DNA from: Syncephalis fuscata S228
Lineage: Eukaryota > Fungi > Zoopagomycota
Assembly (NCBI GenBank): GCA_025786725.1
Contig: JAHLTZ010000066.1
Span: 1-64,000 of the forward strand
Direction: 5' to 3'
DNA: 64,000 nt
The notes beneath the pieces were generated by a model that did not search any database, was not told where the DNA came from, and worked only from the letters and a program-made list of their open reading frames with translations. Position numbers and translations under genes: made by a program. Positions 38,624-50,991 of the stretch are shown one piece after another. Every line of letters begins with the position of its first letter. The stretch's first letter is position 1.

Positions 38624-41283
38624 TTACAAGATGGTGCCTAATTAGCTGGTTAGTTTACATAGCAACAACTTAATAAACACTTACATCCATTGCTGATTTT
38701 CACTCGTTTTTCCTGAGTATCAGCAGTCATTGAATGCGACCGCTTAATACCACGCTGAGGTGTGGAAGCCTCTTGGCAAGCTGTTGTCTCTTCGGCTTCT
38801 TTGTCGTCTTCAGTTTGATTACTCTCTCGCTGTTGACTTGGTTCTATCTCGGCCTCTTTTTCTGGTGACTTCAATGCCGGTTCTTCTTGTTCTTCTTGAG
38901 CCACATCAGCTTCAGCAACCGTATCTTGTGGCTTGTTAAACCAAGAACTTGCCAATGCCTGCTCAATAGTGATACGTGAATCGCTGTTAAGAGCAAGAAG
39001 ATTGCGCACCAGTTCGCGTCCTAGTAAGCAATAAATATTAGTTCTATATAATTATTGTTTGATTTATTTACCTTCTTCTGATACTGCTTCCCAAGTATCA
39101 TCGAATTCCAAAGGATTGTTTAGTAAATCTAGAGCATAATCCTCGACGATAACATCTTCATTACTATTTTTTACATATGGTAATGTATCTAAATATAAAG
39201 GCATTAGTAAAAAATGACAGTTTTATAATCACTTACTTGATAGCATGTAATGTAATGTAGCACCAAGGCTCCACACATCAACTTGGTGGTAATTGCTGGC
39301 TGTCAGTTCCATTGTATTTGAGGCCGCTTGCAGATTAATATCAATTTCTTTAGCTTTTGCAATTGCTTGATCTTTAAAAGCTGATTTCAGAACCATTTCT
39401 GGTGCCATATAACCTAGTGTTCCACGCTTCTTTCTTGGTGGCGGTGAATCTGGAACAATTTTCCAAGCAGCACCAAAATCTGTAAGGACAATCGCTGGGT
39501 TGTTGATGCACTTTCGCAGCAATATATTTGCTGGCTAATGTAAACACGGTTAATTTCAGTCATTGTTAACATTTCAAGTACTTACTTTTATATCTATTTG
39601 ATAGCAATACGATTAACAATGATATTTGTTAGTAGCAATAATAAACAATTATTTCAACTTACCACAGTGAACAATATGCTTACTGTGTAAAAACTATTCA
39701 AAAGTCATTAATAAATTATTGTATTATGTTGTTACTTACCTTTACTGCTTCCAGCAGCTGTTTAAAAATGTGCCTAGCCTCATCTTTAAGAAGAGGGCCA
39801 TGTTGTGCACAATAGCTGTGTAAATCTCCGCCAGCTACATATTCAAGCACCAAGTAGCTGTACATTGCTGTTTCATGCACATCAACTACTTGAATAATGG
39901 CTTGATGTCCTTGCGCCATAACAAGTATGGTGTTTTCATCAGCAAAGCTATTTATGCAAACTTCTTTGGCTGCTCCCTTGATATACTTTTTGTCGGATAT
40001 TTTGATGGCAACAGGTGTTTTGTTGTTGCGTATTTCTCCATAAAATACGCTGCCAAAAGCACCACTATTTTTATGTTATCAATATGTTAATTTAAATGAT
40101 ATAAGTACTTACGAACCAAGCCGTTGTGTTGTTACAGCATATTTGCTATTGATTGTCTAGAAATGTGTTAGAGGCTATAAACTGCTGTAATTGTAATATT
40201 CCTGACTTACTGTGCCAAAATCGGGACTTGGATCCTCGATTCTTAATGTCAACTTTTTAATCAAATATATAGCATAAAAAACTAGTGCCATTGATTAGTC
40301 ATAATTACCATAGACTAATAAAACTTACAATTGCAACCAGATGGCTGGATGCTGCTATTATTTTTGATGACACATGTAGCATCGGACCTAATGCTGACAC
40401 CATCCACTAAATAAAATAATTAGTATTGTTTAGTAATTTATAATAAATACTACTTACCCAAAATAGAACTGGACATCAAATTCTAATTACACATTTAGCA
40501 CCATTATTAATTAGTATGATAACTACTTACTTTGCACATCATTATTTCATTTTCCTAAATATGGATTAAGATTAGCATTGTTATTTTAACATAATGCTGT
40601 GTGCTGCTTACCATGAATATGCTAAAATAATCGTCTTGTTCTTTTTCCTCTTCCTCTTCCTCTCCCTCGCTCGCACTAAATATTGCAAATTATTATATTA
40701 ATAAAATTGTGTAATGTGTCAATCAAACCAGCAATAGTTTAGTGTGTTTACATTTGCTAAATAACAGCAAATTATGGCACAGCACTATACTAATAAAACA
40801 CCAGTATTAAACACTGCATAGCTTACCTTTCTGAGCCTTGCCCAAAAGTGTATTCTTCACCTCGCATCAAGAGGTGTTCTTTGAATGAATGGTTAGTTAA
40901 ATGGCCTATTAACTGTATATTTACTTACCTGTGTCGTTTTCATCCGACACCTCAACCCAGCCTACAATCTTGGCTTGCTCCGCCAAACTCATTGCCGCCC
41001 AAGCAGCAGGGAGTCTTTCGTAAATGTCCCCCACTGAATTGTTTGGTGTTGTGAATGACGAAGCAAGTGCAGGTAAACGAGGAGCATCTGATGGCTGAGC
41101 CACCACGCACTGCTCTTCAACAACATCTTCAGCGGCGGAAACTATATTAGCTTCAGCCGCAGGCGCTAATGATGGGGATGGCGATGGCGACAAATGTGCG
41201 GGTGGATTGAATGGCAAGCGAGTGGGATTTGCAACAGATACATCAAGAGAACTACAAGCAAATGGATTACCTGGACTGTCCAT
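38624..41283 (-). CDS. FHA-like domain Ser/Thr kinase (Chk2/Dun1/Mek1-like, CAMK group), paralog A
   Basis: PVAIK, YLVLEYVAGGDL, HC-D|IK|PANILL, TDFG, GTLGYMAPE, DVWSLG, WEAVSEEG, RITIEQAL. Multi-exon N-terminal FHA-like region and an acidic tail. Confidence 0.85.
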
Positions 41284-42724
41284 ATTGCAGTTATGTTTTA
41301 ATGTAGAGTTTGTTTAAAACTGAAATATAAATCAAAATACACGTATCAAATAATGATGTAAAACTTTGGAAAGGTCAACTACGCGAATACTATATTGAAC
41401 GACTCATACATTTATTTAATAAATAGGCTAGCAGACATGGGCGATGTGTCATAGTACATTTGAAACAGCACCATTACGACATGGCTAATTGCGCTATGAA
41501 TGTGTTTCTAAACATTTGGCTTTTTATTAATCATATGTCAGTACATGACCAATTGGCTAGCAGTTGTACAACAAACCAATAAGTGCAACTAATTGTCAAG
41601 TTTGAAAGGTGTGTTGCTGAAACCACCGTTACCGATTGGGAAACGCACTGTGCACACACGCAGTAGCACAGAGTAAGCATTTTGAGAGTTAGTTTGACCG
41701 ACATTCATACGCAAATAGTGGGCATATTTTAATAAAGTTTATGCAGAAATATCTGGCAATATGGATGCTACTGAAATAAATAAATTATAACTACGTATCT
41801 GAATAGTACATAATATTTGTTAGCTGTATGTCGTTACTATAATATAGCAAGTTGTATAGCAAAGTAGCCAAGTGCTAATGATTGATGCTAATGACACTGT
41901 GTAACATGCATGGGAATATCAAGTAAATCGGCTTTACAAAAACGTTTGTTTCATAGCTAAGGCCCGAATGTATAGCTTACTGTACACACTTGCAAATTAT
42001 TTTCAACAAAGATATTTAAGAATTCAGTGCAAAGTCTTTTATTTCAACTGAGTGTTATTTCAATATCGGTTAATAGCATGCATATCTTATTTAACTGTAA
42101 TTTGCTTAGACATATTCCATCAGCTGATGATGATTTAAACAAGACAGCAATCTTGAGATGGTAGTATGCTTATCTTTGTGTTGCGCCATTCTTTTCACTA
42201 GCTTGCATTTTTGCTAGCACTGACGTACATATCCATTGAAGAAAGCAATGAAACAAGTTCAAACTGTTTCGTAATTGTATTACCAAGATAGATAAGCAAA
42301 CCCATCATTATTTGTTCATTTACATTAGATTGGTATATTGGTAACGCAATAATCCGTATTCAACCATTTTATTTTTACTGAGTCATTGCACTGTTCAATT
42401 GAACAGATAGCGCTTTGCCTTGCAATGACATTCGCCCTTACTGAAATATACATTTATGTTACACATCACTGCATAGCACGCCTCTCTTTGAGCTGGCCTA
42501 TTCTGTTTCTTTTTTCGCTCCGCCTAATGGCTTCAATTCATTGGATAATGCTGAGTGCTCGCTTTGCACTAAACACACGCGTGTGCCTACATAATATATC
42601 CCTCATTAAAACACGTAATCTTAACTACGCCTTTTTATTTTACATTTGTTCTTTAACTAATTAGCAGGTGCAATCCACTATTCTATATGTTCGTAAACTA
42701 CAATTTTTAGTGGAATTCATAGCT

Positions 42725-45262
42725 TTATATAGCACACTGTAACTGTTTGCTTGTGAAGCCATACAATATGCAACTGCTCGGCTTTTATTAGATAAGCTAA
42801 AAATGACTGGAACGGCAGTACAGTTGGTTTGAATGTGACCGACGCTCATATTATTTTGGGGATTTAATTAAAGCTGTAGACCATTCTGTTTGTTGTATGG
42901 TGGTGTTTATCTATATACGCTTGGGTGAGCGGTATAATAAGCACCATTCCTTGCTTGTGGGCAATATTAAGTACCATCATGGCAGCATCATTGTTTTAAC
43001 AGTTAAAGTGCTATGATGGCACAACATCGATTTATAGTGCTATATTAATGTAGCTTCGATGCTGTTATCTTTAGTTGTCTATGAATGATGATGTAGTTGT
43101 GTTGGCTACCTAATGTCGTGACAGTGTGTTATTATACCATCATTGTTGCATTTGGATTATCTACTTGTATGTGGATGGCCTAGACGGGGTATGGGATCAG
43201 TGCTATTGGCCGTTCATTCCAGCTATCTAGTCAATGCATGTCGCCTGGCTGAATAGCTTTTCTGATATTGCTTAAAGCATAAGCAATGGTAAAACAGCAA
43301 CCACGACACATCATGATTACGATAGCTGGAGACTGTATAGGCCGGCACTGATGGGTGGGAGTTTAGGCCATCAACATACACCAGATAGTTTATATTTAGC
43401 ATTATATTTGGACTATTCGATGATATTAAATGGCCATCTAGATTTACGAATAATACAACATAATGGCAACTATAAAAGGTAAATATAGTATATTGTGTTG
43501 ATTAGTTACTAATACTGAATAACATACATATATTGATTTTATATTAAATTTAATGATTTTTATTGCGTTTTTGTTTTTATTTACTTTCTAACTAACTACT
43601 AGGCATATTCTATAGCTCTATACTTTTTATACTGTAATTTGAAGCACCTTTAAATATTTATATAGCACACTGTAACTGCTTGCTTGTGAAGCTATACAAT
43701 ATGCAACTGCTCGGCTTTATTAGATAAACTAAAAATGAATGGAACGGCGGTACAGTTGGATTGAATGTGATCGACGCTCATATTATTTTGGGGATTTAAT
43801 TAAAGCTGTAGACCATTCTGTTTGTTGTATGGTGGTGTTTATCTATATACGCTTGGGTGAGCGGTATAATAAGCACCATTCCTTGCCTGTGGGCAATATT
43901 AAGTACCATCATGGCAGCATCATTGTTTTAACAGTTAAAGTGCTATGATGGCACAACATCGATTTATAGTGCTATATTAATGTAGCTTCGATGCTGTTAT
44001 CTTTAGTTGTCTATGAATGATGATGTAGTTGTGTTGGCTACCTAATGTCGTGACAGTGTGCTATTGTACCATTATTGTTGCATTTGAGTTATCTACTCGT
44101 ATGTTGGTGGCCTAGACGGGGTATGGGATCAGTGCTATTGGCTGTTCGTTCCAGCTATCTAGTCAATGTATGTCGCCTGGCTGAATAGCTTTTCTGATAT
44201 TGCTTGAAGCATAAGCAATGGTAAAACAGCAACCACGGCACATCATGATTACGATAGCTGGAACTGTATAGGCCGGCACTGATGGGTGGGAGTTTAGGCC
44301 ATCACATACACCAGATAGTTATATTTAGCATTATATTTGGACTATTCGATGATATTAAATGGCCATCTAGATTTACGAATAATACAACATAATGGCAACT
44401 ATAAAAGGTAAATATAGTATATTGTGTTGATTAGTTACTAATACTGAATAACATACATATATTGATTTTATATTAAATTTAATGATTTTATTGCGTTTTT
44501 GTTTTTATTTACTTTCTAACTAACTACTAGGCATATTCTATAGCTCTATACTTTTTATACTGTAATTTGAAGCACTTTAAATATTTATATAGCACACTGT
44601 AACTGCTTGCTTGTGAAGCTATACAATATGCAACTGCTCGGCTTTATTAGATAACTAAAAATGACTTCGACGTGATAGTATAATTGAAGAATCAGCGCAT
44701 ATTATTTTGGGATTTAATTAAAGCTGTAGACCATTCTGTTTGTTGTATGGTGTGTTTATCTATATACGCTTGGGTGAGCGGTATAATAAGCACCATTCCT
44801 TGCTTGTGGGCAATATTAAGTACCATCATGGCAGCATCATTGTTTTAACAGTTAAAGTGCTATGATGCACAACATCGATTTATAGTGCTATATTAATGTA
44901 GCTTCGATGCTGTTATCTTTAGTTGTCTATAATGATGATGTAGTTGTGTTGGCTACCTAATGTCGTGACAGTGTGTTATTGTACCATCATTGTTGCATTT
45001 GGATTATCTACTTGTATGTGGATGCCTAGACGGGGTATGGGATCAGCTATTGGCGTTCGTTCCAGCTATCTAGTCAATGCATGTCGCCTGGCTGAATGGC
45101 TTTTCTGATATTGCTTAAAGCATAAGCAATGGTAAAACAGCAACCACGGCACATCATGATTACGATAGCTGGAGACTGTATAGGCCAGCACTGATGGGTG
45201 GGAGTTTAGACCATCAGCATATACCAGATTGCTTATATTTAGCATTATATTTGGACTATTTG
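42725..45262 (+). repeat. Tandem array of ~930-bp units (about 2.7 copies) carrying a decayed multi-pass membrane-protein gene
   Basis: The AGCACACTGTAACTG anchor occurs at 42731, 43664 and 44591 (periods 933 and 927). Plus-strand frames give hydrophobic fragments (TILFVVWWCLSIYAWVSGIISTIPCLWAILSTIMAASLF*; LPNVVTVCYYTIIVAFGLSTCM) with stops. Confidence 0.92.
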
Positions 45263-46735
45263 ATGTTTTGATTTTGTACAAATCGGCACACAATTACACG
45301 ATCACTTGCTATGCTTCAGCTATCATTTATGTTATGGTTACATATGCCAATCACTTATACAATCGTAATTACCAAGTCTAACATGAAAGCACATGTCATA
45401 TACGTTCATCAACATTATACATATTTATGACATCAATAGCATTGTACAACAATCAATTGCAACTATTGAGCACTTACTACACCAACTACATATGCACCTT
45501 CCATTTATTTACTACTATAAATACTATACACATTAAACACAACATTTTCTTTATCTTATATCTACTACCTTCATTGTCTCATTCATATTGATTTATAGCA
45601 GCTATATTTTAGCAATATTTATTTGTATTCATTAACGATATATCACAACTAACATTATAATATAAATAGTACTGCAGTATATTAAATGTTTGCTGCAATG
45701 AATAGTATATATTAACAAACATCTATTGATACTATGATTATACATATTAATAGTTTAGAAATTAGCAATGCATCTTGTTACTTGTAATACTAGTCATTAT
45801 GTGTATGTCATTGTACAAATATTGTCCAGAATGAAATAGCACTAATTTCACTGTTTGACAGTATTAATAATTAATTTTGACTAAATATATTTGCTTTGTT
45901 ACTTATAAAAACAAGTGTTTAATGATTGTTATTATTGGTTTATCACCGTAGACTTTTGCCACTTTGCATTAAATAGAGAATGGTGCTATTTGTTATACAT
46001 TACATCTGAGTTACCATCTTATTATAAATTATGTACAACATTATTGATCAAATAATAAGCATTTTAGTATAAAACTAACACGTATTGATTACAAAAACAG
46101 TGATTAACAGTATGTTAGATACATAATATAAATGAGTGCATAGAAATGGCTTGCTTTAAAGCTTTACTAGTAACCATCTATTTTATTGTAAAGATACACG
46201 TATTTATCAGCGTGAATTGCAAATGTTTATTATAATTAACTATTTAATTGCAGCATTATCGGTGCTATTTGCATGTTTAATATATCTAATTTGATAACAT
46301 GGTATTTTTTATTATTTCCATCATTATATTACTGCTATAGCTTTATTGTCCAGCATGATTATAATAAATACTAGACTAAGCCAGGTCTATAACAATGTGG
46401 TATTCTTATTATGGCTATTACCTAGTTGTGCAATCGTTATAGCCATATTACATTAATCTTTAAACATGGTTAAATAATACACATGCTAAATATTGAGATA
46501 AACTCTTCAATCTAAATGTATAAAATTATAACTATATTAAAATGCATATCATCGCTTATAAAGAATCAAAGAAAGTTTTATTATTGTGTTAGCACAATTA
46601 GCGTGCTGCCTATTTACTAGTTGCGAGCAAAAACGTTTAACAAATCAAATTAAATGTAGTTATCCAGTAGATATTGGGGCGATAATCGCATCTATATCTA
46701 ATAGAAATAGATATATTTGCGACAAATTGCCGCAA

Positions 46736-49138
46736 TTACATACTAACAATCTTATCACTAAATAGATCATTAATGAATCAATGAACGGTTATTAATTGGC
46801 TCAGCACACGTGGTTGTAACAACTTACCGATACTCCGTGATGTTATCCATAGTAAGCACAACTAGATCTCGCTTTGATAGTGGCTGTTTTGTAATAGGAC
46901 AGGTATTGCGAGGTTCAGAACGAGTTAGACAGCGTACCCAGTTATCGTAGCTTTACGTGTCCATAACCGTATAGTTGGCAAATAGTAAGCAATAATTTTA
47001 ATAGTATTAGTAATGATAGTACTTACCCCATAACATGGCCGTGTGGAGAAATGGCCGGTTTAACAACTTCTTCTAGGGTAATTGGATCGATATAGCCAGG
47101 TAGTGGATTAATAGCACAATTGGCTACACGGCCACCACCGCCACCACTGATCATGGCCTCGGAATAGACGGATATATCGTCCAAAGGTGTTGATGCTTCA
47201 CTGGCTATTTCCGTCGAATGGCCTGTTGCATGCGACGCTGTATTTACCTCGGTAGACTGGGCGGCCATGGTTACTGCGGCACTACCCGCTGCACGTCGAC
47301 TAGCCATGGCACGGGCTCGTTTCGTAGTGCCATAGCTTGACGATGAAAAGCTGCGATAATCACCGGAAAAGTCATCATCGCGTTCACGACCATAAGCCCA
47401 ATCGCTGTCTGAGTTATCGGTTGAACCGTAGCCATCGTCCGAGTCCCGTTTAGTAACCTGTCGGCGTCGAGGCCGTTTAGTGGGTGCAGCAGCCGTAGAT
47501 GCAGCTTTAACTGGCACTTGCGGCACTGCTGTTTCTGTCGATTTCTCCGGCATAAACTCACGGTTCTCTTCGTCCGAGTCGTCTTGATTTGCCGACCGAC
47601 GAGCACGTGGTTTGCGCTCCACATAGCCTGAACCATCTCGTCGATGTTTGCAATGGGTACGGAATGTTTTACGACCATCCTTTGTACTAAACAAATAGTG
47701 TGCCTTGCCCTTGTCATCCAGTACATAGTTAGGATCTTGAATCTTGTTGGTTTCCACTAATTGACGATAATAGTTGGAACACTATACACAGTACACATGA
47801 TTAGTCGATAGTAAATAGCGAACAACGTGTACCTACTTGATAGCCAACACGGCCTGGTATAGCGATGGAAAACACGCCCCATTGACCATTAGCGCCCATT
47901 TCCTTAAGACGCTGATGAAATAGTTTTTGCTCGTACTATAGCCTACAATTTAGACTATAACCTTCCATCGTCCTCACTCCTCCTACCTGTGTCCATGGGC
48001 CTGTTCTCTGTGGCTCATTGGGAGCATTAAATCGATAATAGTATGAATTGGGATTTTTATCAATCGCCTTCCAAGCCTTTTTACGCGCCTCAGACCATCC
48101 TTCCATTGCAGCATCTGGATTCTCGCGCATCTGTTTAAGCGCATCTTCTAGTCGAAGCCGGCCTACTTTTTGATATTTCCTATTATTAACGATTAGCCAT
48201 ACAATGTCATACAATAGTATGCCCTCATTACCGGCGTGTCTCATCTGTTACATTCTTCTTCATAGTTGTTGTACGTTTACGCAACAACTGCTCATACTTT
48301 TGACGTTCCTCGCTTGTCATATCATCTTCTGATTCTGTTATTATTTTAGTATTAATATCCATTACTAAATAAATAAATAAATACGCCGTCTACTTACTAA
48401 TCTGGTCAATCTTGGGATATTTTTCAGCCAATTCTTTACGTATCATAATCAAATACATAGGCTGTGACAGATTAAGAATAAGCTCGTCCTATTATCAATG
48501 TCACCTACATTAGCTTAATTTTACTTATTAATGACTAGCATATAACTTGCCTCATCGTTATCCAACTGCTTTAGTGCACAGGCCACTTCTTCATTGGTAA
48601 TATAATCGAATGTTTGTCGTACTTTATCTACTTTGCGACGCAATTCACGACGTTCAAACTCGGCAAACTAATAGCAATTATAGTGTTAATGTGTGTACCT
48701 TCATCGTTTACGACTTACTTGTTTCTGTTGCAGTGCCACTCGTTGTTGAATAATATCGATTTCATTTTCGGTCATTTCCTCTGCAAACATATTACTTTTA
48801 CGTACAATGCCAATACGTTCACTGTATGTACATTAACTAGTTAACACAATGTATATTTTTCCATTCTAAGCGCTTTATGTACCTAGCCTCCATCATTTCA
48901 CGTACACGCTGTGCACTCTCATCCTCAGGTCCTTTGCCATTGCTAGATTCCTCTTCAATTTGCAGTACACCAGACGCTGCTATTTGGTCATTACAGTTCA
49001 ATTCTGCTTTACGGCTGTCTCGTCGCTGACGTAATAGTTGCTATAACAACAAAGTTAACATTATAAACAAATGATCTGTTTTGCGTAATCAACACTTACA
49101 AGAATGTTTATAGTTGCTGTCTCCGACATGGCTGCCAT
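46736..49138 (-). CDS. Myb/SANT-domain protein with a C-terminal U-box/RING-like domain
   Basis: NPNSYYYRFNAP..GPWTQ|YEQKLFHQRLKEMGANGQWGVFSIAIPGRVGYQ|CSNYYRQL (Myb). IDPITLEEVVKPAISPHGHVMG|YDNWVRCL..CPITKQPLSKRDL (U-box-like). Confidence 0.85.
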
Positions 49139-50991
49139 ACTTGTTTCCGTTATAATAGTGTAGATACACAGTAATAGTCAGTAGTGTTTGTTAAATAAAT
49201 AATGCCAACAAAGAAAATTAAAAGAGAAAAAAGGCAACGCGTACACGTCGCGTTTTAAACAAACAAACAAACAATTACCACCATTAGGATTAGGATTAGT
49301 ATAATTAGGATCAGTGTATTATTATTTGTTTATTAATGATGTTTATCAGTTTATTTAAAACTATCAAAATTGATTATTAATAGTCCAAGTATTACCCATT
49401 TACCCACTTTTATTAATATTTTACTAAAATGATCTCAATATTTGTACACTTTCATAATTACTGTTACCATTACTATTACTGTAAGTGTATACTACTAGAT
49501 CTGCATTTGTGGGTAAGTGTACATTTATTATTAACTTTAATGGACTGTTGTTATTGTTGTTATTGTTACTGTTGTTGTTGTTGTTATCAATATGCACATC
49601 TGTTCTATGTACACACGTTCAATTGAAGATCCTTACATTTAATTAAAACGCCGCTTCAATTATTACTCCTTTCTCTCTCTCTATGGTTATATCAATCTAT
49701 ACTGACTCCGCCTCGGACATCTGGCTGTTCCCCGTTGATCAATTGGCAATTTTACAGGCATTTGCATATCTATTTTAATTTAGTCATTTGTTGTTACCAC
49801 CTGTTACTAAATAAATACATCCTTGAATTAACAATATTGCGGTATGACTTTCTGCCTTGTCACTGCCACACGCTTCTTTTCGGATCAACCTTTAACAGTA
49901 AACCCAGTACAACGTTTTACTACCTTGGCATACTGTCCCTGAACTCAATTATCCACTATCGCCTTTAGTATTGCCACTGCATGGTTCTCTAACAGCAACA
50001 CCTTTCTATCTCTTTATTCGATTATTGATTTCCTTTTCCTTGAACGCTTAGAGTTTCTTCTTTCTAAACTTTTTGCGGCAATTCACTGCACACCTATATA
50101 CACACACGCACCAACTACACTCGTTTTCCATTACGACGGTTATTCGTGCTTTTAAGTGTAGATTCACAGTCTTTACTGCGAATCCATTTGTGTTTGCACA
50201 TTCATTTACAAGTCGATATTGGGGCCCGTTATCGTCTATCTTTCTATCTCCTCTACTAACTCTCTTTCTCAATTTGTGTGTGTGTGTGTGTATAAGTGTG
50301 TGAATGTATGCTTAAAACCACACTCACCACCACCATCGATCTATTTCTCCCTTTCTCCTCTTTCTGACTATTCCCTTCTCACTCTTGCTCACTTTATTAA
50401 CAATTTTACCACTGTGCTACTATCACCACTGCATAATTTCCTTTCTTTTCTGTAGTTGTCTCTGAGTGTTTCAACAAGTAATAGCAATTCTGCAAGCTAA
50501 TAACTACAACACACCTCATCACTAGCAATAGTAGCAGTAGCAGTAGCTGCAGCAACGACGACGACAATACCAGTAATAACCAGCAGTAGCGTGGCGCTTG
50601 TGTAAGCACGTGTATCGTTCTATGCGGCATACATCATACTGGTCATTCACTACTTACTTGCATCTTCTTTGTCAATTACTTGCCAAGTAAACGCGCCAAC
50701 TTTTCGGTAATAAGTGTAAGTTTTTAATATAAAAACAAACAATAACCACATCTTGTACTTACATTAGCTATTAGGCTGGCTTTTTATTTTCAGCACTGCC
50801 ACGAGTTCTACTGTGCTGTATTAGTCTGAACGTGCTCATCATTCTTGGCAGAACGGTGTTAGAGATTCTGCTATACAGTAATCTTGTAATTTCAAACGAC
50901 GGGCCTTGTCGATTAGTGTGCTAGATTGTATTGCTTGCTATTTACCATCATTTTATGCTACAGCCTATCTACATAGCTGCAAGTATATTCC

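Noticed and set aside
49283-49311. TTAGGA repeats resembling an interstitial telomere
   Set aside because: Only about 3 imperfect units, not TTAGGG; compatible with chance slippage.
49429-50630. Short ORFs upstream of the BEM3-like gene
   Set aside because: Microsatellite-derived low-complexity frames in a probable long promoter/5' UTR.
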